The position numbers were made by a program, and so were the translations under genes. A stretch of 64,000 nucleotides of DNA, taken from NCBI GenBank assembly GCA_951406725.2, contig OX597817.1, positions 106,330,001 through 106,394,000 on the forward strand, in the 5' to 3' direction. This document shows positions 38,358 to 49,882 of the stretch, one piece after another (positions within the stretch are counted from its first letter, which is position 1; each line of letters opens with the position of its first letter). The DNA is from Octopus vulgaris. Its lineage: Eukaryota. Under the pieces are notes generated by a model. It had not been told where the DNA came from. It did no database searches and saw only the letters and a list, made by a program, of their open reading frames with translations.

Positions 38358-39046
38358 TTAACCCTTTAGCATTTAATTCAGCCATATCGGGCCCAAACAT
38401 TTTATTTGCTTTATGTTCAACCTGGCCAGATTCAGCATCTCACACATGTTCTCTAATATCATTCTAAAAATAAGCACTCACAGCTTTGAAATTTCTAAGC
38501 TACAAGATAATACATAATGGATTTTTAAAAATGTAAATAAATAAGCACAGGAATGGCTGTGTGAAGGCACAGTAGTGGCTATGTGGAAGTGCAGATGTGG
38601 CTGTGTAGTAAGAAGCTTGCTTCCCAACCATATGGTTCTGGGTTCAGTCCCACTGTGTGGCACCTTGGTCTTCTACTATAGCCTTGGACTAACCAGAGCT
38701 TTGTGAGTGGATTTGGTAGGTGGAAACAAAAAGAAGCCTGTCAAATATATATATATATATATCTTTTATATACCTGTATGTGTATGTCTGTCTGTCTGTC
38801 CCTCACTGCTACTTGACAACTGGTGCTGGTGTGTTTACGTCCCCATAACTTAGTAGTTCAGCAAAACAGATCAATAGAATTGGTACCATGTTTTAAAAAA
38901 AAAAGTAATGGGGTTGATTCGTTCGACTAAAAATTCTTCAAGATGGTGCCCCAGCATGACCGTAGACTACTGAGTGAAACAAGTAAAAGATAAAAAAATA
39001 AATAAACATTACACGTGACAGAGTAATCTGAATCCTAAAGGGTTAA
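38358..39046 (-). mobile_element. piggyBac-like MITE with a nested family-A SINE (about 38546-38995, +)
   Basis: TTAA-CCCTTTAGCATT ... AATCCTAAAGGG-TTAA; the MITE body is split by the SINE. Confidence 0.85.
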
Positions 39047-40784
39047 ATTAGTTTTGTTGTAGTAAAGCAGAATATTTGAGCCCTGCTGTTAACCCTTACT
39101 TTAGTAAAGAAATTATGTAAAGACAACTACTCTCAGCCGTCTTTTGGGGAAATTTCTTTCTTATCTTTGATAGTAAATTGTCAACAAATCAATAGGTGAG
39201 AATTGAAAGCATATAAATGGATGTTTTTTGTTTGCTTTTTTTTCAAGTTACTTTACATTATACTAACCATCAATGTCTTACAAGTTCTAGCACAGAATAG
39301 CGATTGCCTCAAGAAGGAGGAAGTGGAGGACGACAACAAAGAAGAAGAGGAGAATAATTGCAACAACAGCAACTTGATGGTAATGATGGTGATGATGAGT
39401 ATGATGTCAGCATGGAAGCAAACAAGTGGAAATTGATAGAGGGAGATGGATGAGAATGTGAAATAAATGAACTGGATATAAGGGAGGAGAAAGAGTGAAG
39501 AAGTTGGTGGAAAATCCATCTAAGATTGGGCAATGTTTCCAGTTCGTTCAGTTTTCCACTTATAATTATTACCTCAGGTCATAATATTTTGGTCGTTGCA
39601 AATGTAAACGATGATTGTGAGGTTAGTTAATGTATGTCAAAATGCACTGAATTAACAGCATATTAATCCTGTTCGTTTTTTTATTAATATTAGTTACCTT
39701 TTTCTTTTTTTGCATTACGTATTTTGACATTGAACCAATTTAAAGATGAATCAACAAAGAAATAGAAAGCTTTATCATGAGAGAGACAGAGACAAAGACA
39801 GACAGAGAGCTAGACAGACAAAGGTGAGGTGAAGGTAGGAGAGGGAGTCAGCCTCGATCGGCATTCAAACTTGGAATGATTGATGACTCAGTAATAGTAT
39901 TAAATACAAGTTGCATTAATGAAGATGAAAACTAGGTGCAAACGATTCAAATGAGTCAACTACTTGAAATAAAACATGTTGTCTTGGTCTATCACTTACT
40001 TATGCAGCAGTTTTTTTCTTTGTTTCTTTTTTTTTCGTCAGGCAATTGCTATAGTAACTCAGATAATAACTTGTGAAACCAAAAATGTCTCCAATTTGAT
40101 GCATTAATAATTGATATCAGAAATAAACCTCAGATTTCTCATCATGCAACCATACAGATTAAATAAATGTGTTTCTCTCTTACAATAACAGTCACCATAA
40201 ATCAAATTGTATTTCTAACGGTGTCAGGTGGTTTTATATTCTCTTTTTAATTCTTCTTCTTTTTATATTTTTCTTTTTTCTTGTTTTTTTAACCTAATAG
40301 AACTTTGGTGTTGTGATTATTATGAATCAGTAAATGTTTTTATTTCAGCTCAACAATTTACTCAAGCAGTCCATAAAGTCAACTTCTACTCTTAACTTCT
40401 ACTCTTCCTCAACCTCTTCCTACCCACCACAACTATTGTGTGAATTAGTACAATTGTAACTGTTAGTTTCTTTTCACAAAGCACAAAAGCTCTATATGCT
40501 AGGGAAAGTGGGAAATAGAACATTGTAATGTTCATTCTGTTCACAAAGAGTGTATGCAACATGAAATACATAAAGCTATATCATCTAAGAATCAAAACTT
40601 AGTCAATTGTGACCTTGATTTGCCAGTGGGGTTACCTCTTACTTCATGCCACAAACTTGTTCAGTTGGGAATGTGGAATATAGCTGAGTGAAGAGTAAAT
40701 TTCTTATATAGTCTTAACTAGGCTCAAATATCTTCAGTATAGGGTAGGGGAAGCTTCAGGCATTATAGCATTCATGCATTATAG

Positions 40785-41476
40785 TATCCATGGTAGTAAG
40801 ACGTAGGCCCTGAATGCAGAGGACATGCAAAGGCTGGAGAGGAACAAAGCTGGTATGCTCTGCTGGATGTGCAATATCAGTGTGCAGGTGTAGAATTGAG
40901 AGAGAAGTTGGACATAAGAGGAATTGTATGCAATGTGCAAGGGAGGAGAATGTGCTGGTTTGGTTATGTGATGAAGATGAATGAGGACAGTTGCTTAAAG
41001 AAGTGTCAATCACTTCAGATGAGAGAGATCCAGAAAGACATGGGACGAAATATTGAACGCCAATCTCAAAACACTGAGCCTTATGAAGGCGATGACAGGG
41101 GACCAAGATATGTGGTGAATTGCTGTATTCAAGAAGACCCACCCACCACAACAAAATTGGGATCCTAAGATGATAGTGCCATGTAAAAGGAAACAGTATG
41201 GGTTCTGGTGCCACATAAAAAGTATCTGCGATGGTGCCATGTAAAAAGCACCCATGTTAGTGCCATGTAAGAAACACTGGTGATGGTGCCATGTAAAAGC
41301 ACCCAGTACACTTTGTAAAGTGATCGGCATTAGGAAGGACATCCAGCTGTTGAAATCAGCAAAAACAAACAATGGAACCTGGTATGGTTCCTGGCCTTGC
41401 CATTTCTTGTCAAGCTGTCCAACCCATGCCAGCATGGAAAACGGACATTAAATGTTGTTGATGATGATAATGATGA
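40785..41476 (+). mobile_element. Decayed RTE LINE 3' fragment
   Basis: ALNAEDMQRLERNKAGMLCWMCNISV..RRMCWFGYVMKM; 3' UTR and (GAT)n tail. Confidence 0.85.
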
Positions 41477-41691
41477 CTTTCCCCAAAATTATTGTACCCA
41501 TATTATGGTCTGAAGTTTTCAGGAGTTCACCCCGTACTCCTGCAAAATTTACAAATATTATATATATTGATATCTAACACTAGCAGTAGGTTACATATTT
41601 CGTTGGAGGGTATATTTTATTAAATTAACTCTAGTCTTTCCTGCAAGATACCTGTCTCTATTTGTCTATTATACTCAAACCTCTCCTGTGG

Positions 41692-41940
41692 AGGTACATG
41701 GCTTAGTGGTTAGGGTGTTGGACTCAGGATCATAAGATTGTGGTTTCAATTCATGGACCTGGCAATGCGTTGTGTTCTTAAGCAAAACACTTCATTTCAT
41801 GTTGCTCCAGTCCACTCAGCTGGCAAAAATGAGTAATCCTGTAACAGACTGGCATCCCATCCAGGTGAGGAATTTATATGCCATGGAAACTGGAAAACCA
41901 GTCCTTATGAGTCAGTACAACTCGAGAAGGTAACCTCTAC
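41692..41940 (+). mobile_element. tRNA-derived SINE, family C
   Basis: TGGCTTAGTGGTTAGGG (A box), GGTTTCAATTC (B-box-like), TTGTGTTCTTAAGCAAAACACTT. Fragments at about 30800 and 33410. Confidence 0.7.
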
Positions 41941-43439
41941 CTTTTTTTACCTAAACCTCTCTCACCTGGCACAAAGTTGCCTCCCTTGGTACCACTCACC
42001 CACTCAGTCTTGTCTTGCAAGTTACTTGGTGACCTCCTTGCTGATAATTCCACTTAAAAAGCACCTAGTACATTCTCTAAAGTAGTTGGTGTTATGAAGG
42101 GCATTTGACACTTCCTAGCCATGCCAAAGCAGAAGTAGAGCTTGGTGCATTTATATGGCACATCAGCTTATGTTAAGCTGTCTATCCCATGGAAAGCAGG
42201 CATTAATTAATGATGATGGTAGTGGTCATCGTGGTGGTCATGGTGGTCGCAACAGCAGCAGTTTTGGCAGTGATGGTAGTGGTGGAGGTGATGCTGCTGC
42301 TGATGATGATGATGAGGACAAAGTTGATGATGATGATGATGACAATGTTGATGATGATGATGATGACAATGAGTACTTGATTGGTACTTTATTGTGTCTG
42401 TCTTGAAGGAAGAAATGAAAAGTTGACTTTGGCTTTAAAATGAATAAAGAACTCTGAATACTATCATATATTTAGTCCAGCATTCAACTGAGAAAGGCTT
42501 CAGCGTTACAAAATTGCATTCCTTTTCCTTTACAAATACAAGATTTGTGTTCAAAAAAAGAATCAATATATTACCCATGCATTGATTGATATCTGTAAAG
42601 GCAGCTTAAAAATAACAATCAGAAAATGATCCTCAACTGTTGGGAGAATATAGCAGAAAGTGGTTTTTCGTGTAAGATGATTGTATCCATTAATATTGTT
42701 GTAGAATCAGGAATGGTGGACTTCACTACCATCCATCATTCCCTTTATCCTACATATTCAACCAACATCAAGTTAGGTACCGCTCTTTTTAGTTGCATGT
42801 ATTTACTGATTGTGTGGGTGTTTGCTCTGATATTTAAGAAATTACTAAAGCTACTAAGTTTAACCTTTTTTTTTACCAGTGATTACTAAGCAAAATATTT
42901 TTTTTAAATGTCTTTTTTGTTAGAAATATTTTGCTTTTAGTATGTCATGGTATTGATATTAAGTTTATAGCACAACTCTATTCAACATGTTTCATGCTAG
43001 ATGAGCTGTGAATTAAACAAAAGAAGAAACCAGTTACAAAAAAAAAAATGAAATATAATAGAAATATGTTCACATTTCATAAGTACATAGTAATATAATT
43101 TCTCCAGATATTGGAAATTATAATAATAGGGTGTATAAAATATATTCTAATTCTTACAACAATGACTCTCAATCTGTTTTTATTTCATGACATACAAAAG
43201 ACCTGAAATAAAATTTGTGACACACATTCCATTTGTAAGCCTGGATCAACATTCAAACTTGGAAAGAGGGAAATAGAACATTGTAATAAATACAAGGTTA
43301 TTACCAGTTCAAATATGCTTGGGGCATATTCGGACCAGTTAAGAAGCTATTCACTGGGTTTTGTTACAGAGAAAACTTCTTGTGGTAGGCGAATGGGGTA
43401 AGTACACCAAAATCAGCTTGCAGTGCCACCTACCCAGAT

Positions 43440-43485
43440 TGTGAGATGCAAGCATTTCAGAATGGTTAGCTCCTCTTCAGTCACA
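43440..43485 (-). ncRNA. Minimal type I hammerhead ribozyme with intact core
   Basis: TGTGA-CTGAAGA-GGAG ctaacca TTCT-GAAA-TGC tt GCA-TC-TCACA. Confidence 0.75.
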
Positions 43486-43997
43486 GAAACTGAACAACGT
43501 ATGCTCTGAGTGGGTAAGAGAGGTTGTCTCTCTTATGACATTCTCGTTGTTATACAATATCTGGTAGCATTAATCATCAGCCCACCACAAACAATAAGAA
43601 CATTATTGATGTTCATTCTGTTCACAAAGAGAATATGCAACACAAAATACATAAATTTGTATCATCTAAGAATCAAAACTAAGTAATTAATCTCTTGCTT
43701 GTGAACTTTCCCTGTAGCTTGTTCAGTTAAGAATGTGGAACATAGGTGAGTGAGAGAGAAGTTTTTTTATATAGTTTCAACTAGAATGTATTTTGTACTA
43801 CCAACTATTATAGTTACCAATATCTGGTGAAATTATATTACTACATGCTTATGAAATGTAATACAATAGAAATATGTCAGTGAACATATTTCTATTGATA
43901 ACACATAAGTCCACCGCCTTCAATTTACTGTGTAGAAAGTTCACCACTATCACCAAGAAAATATATCCATAGTATCTCACCATTAATAAAGACTATA

Positions 43998-44390
43998 GGC
44001 ATAGGAGTGGCTGTGTGGTAAGTAGCTTGTTTACCAACCACATGGTTCCGGGTTCAGTCCCACTGCGTGGCACTTTGGGCAAGTGTCTTCTACTATAGCC
44101 TCGGGTCGACCAAAGCCTTGTGAAGAATGGATTTGGTAGACGGAAACTAGAAGAAGCCCAGCGTATATATGTATATATATATATATGTGTGTGTGTGTCT
44201 GTGTTTGTCCCCCAACATCGCTTGACAACCGATGCTGATGTGTTTACATCACCATAACTTAGTGGTTCTGCAAAAGAGACCGATAGAATAAGTACTAGGC
44301 TTACAAAGAATAAGTCCTGGGGTCAATTTGCTCGACTAAAGGCAGTGCTCCAGCATGGCCACAGTCAAATGACTGAAACAAGTAAAAGAG
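43998..44390 (+). mobile_element. Full-length family-A SINE
   Basis: Closely matches 20345-20730 and 35510-35890. Confidence 0.9.
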
Positions 44391-44543
44391 TTTAAAAAAG
44401 AAACGGTGAATTAGTGACGGTGAACTTTCCCTGTAGTGAACTTACTGGACATGATTTCTATTATATTTCATTTTTCTGTGCAACATGGAAAGTGCAAAAG
44501 CAAATGGAATATGTAGAACAAGAGGAGACACATGGGATAGAGA

Positions 44544-44588
44544 GTCACTGATGAGGTCACAAGGTGTGTGACGAAAGAGCTTTCTGAC
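44544..44588 (+). ncRNA. Minimal type I hammerhead ribozyme with intact core
   Basis: GTCA-CTGATGA-G-GTCACA aggtg TGTGAC-GAAA-GAGCTT-TC-TGAC. Confidence 0.75.
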
Positions 44589-44887
44589 AAAGAAGCTAGA
44601 ATAATAATAATGAAGCTGAAGTGAAGACCAAATATATTGTACATGTGTTTAATTGGCACAATACGACCATCCCTAAGTATAACAATATCTGTTTCAACAC
44701 ATGAATTCACATCAAGAATCTTGTAAAACAAATACACAACAAAAAAACGTGTTTTAAAGTTAGGAAATTTAGAGAAAATTATAGAAAACTATTGTTTGTC
44801 ATGTTTTATTAGTCATGCTTGTGTGAAACATGGACTTGAAGGCTGTTAATGAGTTGTTTTTTTTTCAATGCTGGAACATTCTTTTAT

Positions 44888-45110
44888 TCTTTTACTTGTT
44901 TCAGTCATTTGACTGCAGCCATGCTGGAGCACCACCTTGAAGGGCTTTAGTTGAACAAATCGACCCCAGGACTTATTTCTTAGGTTAGTACTTATTCTAA
45001 TGGTCACTTTTACTGAACCACTAAGTTATGAGGACATAAACACACCAATACCGGTTGTCAAGTGGTGATGGGGGAAACACCCACAAAGACACACACACAC
45101 ATATATATAG
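44888..45110 (-). mobile_element. Family-A SINE 3' half
   Basis: TTTTACTTGTTTCAGTCATTTGACTGCAGCCATGCTGGAGCACC... Confidence 0.8.
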
Positions 45111-45207
45111 ATACATACTCACAATACACACACACACACACATATATATATATATGGAAAAAAAAGTCAAGGTAGAAAATGCTAAAATAATTTTATAAAA
45201 AACATGT

Positions 45208-45243
45208 CAGTACTGGTTTCAGTCATTGAGACTTTTTCAACTG
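45208..45243 (-). ncRNA. Decayed minimal hammerhead motif
   Basis: CAG-TTGAAAA-AGTC tcaat GACT-GAAA-CCAG-TA-CTG. Confidence 0.45.
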
Positions 45244-46087
45244 TAAGTATGGAAAACAATTAAATTTTGGACAAATTAAAAGAAAAGTTTTTAAAAATAA
45301 TATTTGTATAGGATTCAAATACAAAGGGCATTTTCCTTATTTCTGCCTGTTGCTGTCTCTCTTGTTTACTCTTGTGAGTTTACTCTTGTGGATGCAAGAA
45401 CCCACAAGAGAGACAAGTATTGATGTGCTTGTGCCATGTACAAAGCACTGGTGCTGGTGCCATGTAAAAAGTACTGGTGCTGGTGCCATGTAAAAGCACT
45501 AATGATGGTACCACATAAAAAGCCCTGGTGATGGTGCCACATAAAAAGCATCCAGTGAACTCTGTAAAGTGGTTGGCATAAGGAAGGGCATCCAACTGTA
45601 GAAACCAAGCTAAAACAGACTATGGAACCTGGTGTAGCTCTTGGCCTTGCCAGTTCCTGTCAAGCCATCCAACATATGCTAGCATGGAAAATGGACATTA
45701 AATGTCGATGATGATGATGATGATGACCACCAAGGTTCAAAACAGAAGCAGATGACTGTCAGTCTACTGTATCTCCAGCTGATCCCAAGGATCAGTTATT
45801 CATGGATTATGTCATAATATAATAACTTCTTTTACATATCTTGGCAATAACATTGAGATCTCAGATTTATTAGCATGTTGGATAAAATGCTTTTCTTTCT
45901 GCTCTTTATGTTCTTAGGTCAAATTTCAACAAGTTTGACTGCGTCTCTCATCCTTTTCACACGGTGGTGGTGGGGGGAGTCAATAAACTAGGCACCAGTC
46001 AAGTACTGGAGTTGAAGTAATTGACTTACCCACTTCCCTCAAAATTGCTGGCCTTGAGTCAACATTTGAAATCATTATCTTAATCTT

Positions 46088-46430
46088 TCTACATGCTGGC
46101 AAAATAACTGAGTCTGCCAAAATATGAGATTTAATTTTTTATGCAGCCAGTTTATATATTTTATAAGATGTAATTTGAACCGTTTCAGAAAGTGTTATGA
46201 TACTTTTAAAAATATTTGCCCATTTGGTTTGTTGTTCGTACAGCCTTTAAATGATTTAAATCTTTTCTTCAAGATAGGAGTGTTTAGTTTTAAAATATCT
46301 TTCTAAATAGTAAAGAAGCAATAATCCAGTGGTCATTTTCATATAGTTCAAGAAGAATCAAGTTCAAGAAGAATCAAATTTTAAGTAATCCTCATCATAT
46401 TTGTCATCAGGTACATGAATTTGTTGCTTT
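46088..46430 (-). pseudogene. Buster/ZBED5-like hAT transposase N-terminal remnant
   Basis: KYDEDYLKF..LERYFKTKHSYL..SYKI..LAA*KIKSHILADSVILPAC. Confidence 0.6.
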
Positions 46431-47599
46431 TGAAGCGTGCTTCTTATTGGATTCATACTCACCAAAGTTATGATTTTCATTTGAGTAGTTGTCCTTTACA
46501 CACAAATACACATACACACACATACTGAGAAAGAGTGAGAAAGAGGCTGAATTTATTTAGGCTGGCTCAGTGACCTATTGCTCAGAAGTTTTCACAGTGT
46601 GTAACTGTTTCTTCAGACAAGCTAAAATGAGCAAGAGACATGTTCCATTACTCTGAGGGAAGAAGTAGTGCAGAAGAAAATAGATATAAATACTACAAAG
46701 ATAATAGCAGTCATGTGAAAAAGAAAGAATGCATAGAATTACTGAAGAAGTTTAGTAATATTCATACATATGTATATGCATATGCACACTCACAAAAGCA
46801 TGCAAACAAAACACATATTCACAATACACACACACGCACAAATACATTATCAATAACACATACTTAGCATATATGCTTTGTGTATTTGCCAGTAAGCTTC
46901 AATTTGGAGCAGTGGAAATTACTCTCTCAAAGCACTGGATGTTAAAATACCTGAAAGTCATATACAGGTGAGGCATGATTTTCAAGTATTTTAATACCTA
47001 GTTCTTTGAAAGAGTAATCTCCACCATGCCAAATCACATCCTACCAGCAAATACACATTGCTCATGCATTAAGTATGTGTGGTCAATAATGTTTATTACA
47101 CTATCACTGCTTCTACTTCATATTTGAATATATACACTGTTTGGTGCTGATACTGCAGTAAATTTTTTCTGACCTGGCACAACTCAGTCTGTGCTGTTGA
47201 CTGTTTTTTAGTTAAAGCCACAACCTTAAATAAATCTGTCCAGAGTTGCTTCTCTTTGGTAATTCTCATTGATAATGGCTAAAGGGCTTGAAATGCTTCT
47301 GAGAATCCAATACGAAGCAGTACTGCACAGATATGGTGCTTTTACACCTTTTTACCATAAGAGATAATTTTTCCTTCATAGTAACTGCAGTGAATTTGTC
47401 TTTAGAAGTTGAAATACATTACAAACATATTTTAACTAATCTAAAGGTCACTTATGCATAAACACTGGTTGGTCCTGATACTGCTGTAATATATATATAT
47501 ATACATACATGGAACTTCCAGTCATTTTGAAAACAGTAAGATCGCTGAAAGTTTTTAGAAAACCATGAAATATATAATTTCTTTTGATATGTCAAGATC

Positions 47600-47910
47600 A
47601 CCAGCCCTCTTCCACTCGCACATACAAACTCTCTTATACACACGCACACCTTCGTTTTGGGATCACCACCACTTTATTATCTCCCCTTCTCCCTAGCTCC
47701 TCTGTGTGACCCTTCTGTCTGGTATTCGCCATGATAGATCGCTAGCCACTACAATTCTTTATTTTCTCTCCTTGTTTCTTTCTGTGTTCCTTTCTGTAGA
47801 AGAGCATGGGCTCAAAACGTTAAAGACTTTTTTACTTCCCAAGCATACATCTGTTTGTTGTCTATACCACCTGTCTTCGTCTTTTGTTTTTTTTTTGTGA
47901 ATTCTCCCCT
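47600..47910 (+). mobile_element. Penelope-like terminal repeat with hammerhead remnant (47790-47825)
   Basis: Diverged inverted counterpart of 47940-48245; CTTT-CTGTAGA-A-GAGC atgg GCTC-AAAA-CG-TT-AAAG. Confidence 0.7.
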
Positions 47911-47937
47911 GATATATATATATATATATATATATAA

Positions 47938-49394
47938 CGGGAAGCTTTATGAAAATAAACAAAAGACGAAGGCAGGTGGAATACAAACAAACAATTGTAT
48001 TAGTATGGCGCTCAGGAATATAAATAAAACAAGTCTTTTACGTTTCGAGCCTACGCTCAACAACAGAAAGATACACAGAAAAGAAACACAGAAAGAAACA
48101 AGGAGAGAAAAAAAATGCATGCAGAGGCTAGCGAATCAACATGGCGATCTGATTTCGGCCAGAAGTCAAAGATCAAACGTCAGACGCAAGAGCGAAATTA
48201 GGGGAGATAATAGGGTTAAATGACCTCGCCCCAACATAAGAGTGTGTGTGTGTATGAGAGAGTATGTAGTGCGTATGAGAGGTCTGGACGTGTGTATGTA
48301 TATATGATGTGATGTGTAAAGTCGTATGGTGTAGTGTAGAGAGAGGAGATGAGGGGAAGATGGGGGAGGGGAGGGGAGAAGGGAAGAGGGGAGAGGAGGA
48401 GGGGGGGAGTGAGGGAGCAGAGAGAAAGAGGGAAGAAGAAAGAGGGAAGAGGAGTAGGGTTGAAAGGATGGACTGAAGAGAAGTAGGGGTCGGGGGGAGG
48501 TTAGATGGAGAAGGGGTTAGATGAGGAGGGGGGAGAGTTGAGACCAAATGGCGTAAAAGAGCGAAGAGAGAAGATCAATTCCTGTTCACGGCGCAAACGG
48601 GAATCTGGATGGTCTCTGTGCAAGGACAAACCGAACACAGACAGGTGTTGCAAGGAGTGACCGGTGGAGCGGAAATGGCGTGAGACCGGTGTGTCGTTGG
48701 CAAGGCGGATGTCACGGAGGTGTTCCGCGAACCGGTCAGCCAAGCGGCGTCCCGTTTGTCCGATGTACAGGGAATGGCAGAGAGAGCAAGAGACGCAATA
48801 GATGATATTGCTGGAGGTGCAAGTGAAGGAGTTGATGATGCGATAGGGTCGATGATGGGTGCCAGTGAGGAGGGTGGTGTTGGAGAGGTAAGGGCAAGTG
48901 CGGCAACGTGGGCGGGAGCAGTGGAACGAGCCAGGTTGGGAGGTAGGGTCAGGGAAGGAGCTATGGACCAAAAGGTCTCGTAGGTTATGGGCTCGTTTGA
49001 AAGAGGGGAGGGGTCGGTTAGGGAAGTGGTGTGAAGTGGACGGGTCGGACTGGAGATGCCGGAAAGCTCGAAGAATGGTGCGTTGGAGAGGTAGGGTCGT
49101 GGGGTGGTAAGTGAGGGGAAAAGGGAGGCGGGAGACTACAGGGCGGGTTCGGGGAGAGAGAGCAGATGCACGGTCTACGGAACGTGCTCTGGCAAGGGCG
49201 GTGTGGATAGTGGTGAGGGGGTATCGACGTAGGATGAAGTGGTGAGCCATACGTTGAGACTGAGTCTCAAAGTCATGGTCGTCACTACAGAGCCTACGTA
49301 GACGGAGGAATTGGGAATAGGGGATGGAAAGCTTGGTGTGTTCTGGGTGGGAGGAAGAGAAGTTGAGGTTTGAGTGTGAGTCTGTGTGTTTGTA

Positions 49395-49398
<4 letters not shown>
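47938..49398 (-). mobile_element. 5'-truncated Penelope-like retroelement (Neptune-type)
   Basis: ORF with RT thumb, Cys linker and GIY-YIG. The 3' terminal region has a hammerhead motif at 48035-48070 (CTTT-CTGTTGT-T-GAGC gtag GCTC-GAAA-CG-TA-AAAG). Both ends abut (TA)n. Confidence 0.92.
48501..49398 (-). pseudogene. Penelope-like RT C-terminus plus GIY-YIG endonuclease (open frame, 5'-truncated)
   Basis: YKHTDSHSNLNFSSSHP..SIPYSQFLRLRRLCS, CSRPRCRTC, NIIYCVSCSLCHSLYIGQTGRRLADRFAEH, PVSRHF, REQELI, PFGLN. Confidence 0.93.
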
Positions 49399-49428
<30 letters not shown>

Positions 49429-49579
49429 ACACACACATATATAGAAAATTAATGAAGACAGCAGTTTGCAACGTTTCACCAAAAAGGAAAACTATAATTG
49501 TCACTAAATGTAACCAGGGTGTTAGAAAAACCTACATTGCTATAAATAAGAGCTAAAATGCTCTAAAGCAGTAGTCATA

Positions 49580-49882
49580 GCACATAATCGTATACTTATA
49601 TGCTGGCAGGAACTGTAATCGTCTGAAAACACTGTTCGAGAATTCCTTATACTGTTAGTTAGTTCTGTATACGCATTAGCGATTCGCTAAATCATCCATA
49701 GATTTCTATGATGAAAGCATATATACTGATAGAGAATTAAACCCGGATTCTGCCAAAGTCGAGCCAGTCCTTACTGATGAGGCAACAAAAATTGCCTAAA
49801 CTGACTGACAGTATAATGAATTCTCGAACGGTGTTTTCGGACAATCACAGTCCCTGTCAGTGTATATGTTTATAATTATGTT
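49580..49882 (+). mobile_element. Foldback element (about 85-bp arms) overlapping a type I hammerhead (49768-49819, G12U)
   Basis: About 49582-49664 is the reverse complement of about 49799-49881. TCCTTA-CTGATGA-GGCAA caaaaa TTGCC-TAAA-CTG actga CAG-TA-TAATGA. Confidence 0.72.

Noticed and set aside
42155-42406. Acidic Gly/Asp-rich ORF (also 39203-39436)
   Set aside because: Expanded (GAT/GGT)n tail of an RTE fragment or trinucleotide low-complexity sequence.
48173-48547. Pro/Ser-rich ORF and G-quadruplex-like purine tract
   Set aside because: Low-complexity 3' UTR of the Penelope element; no independent support for function.
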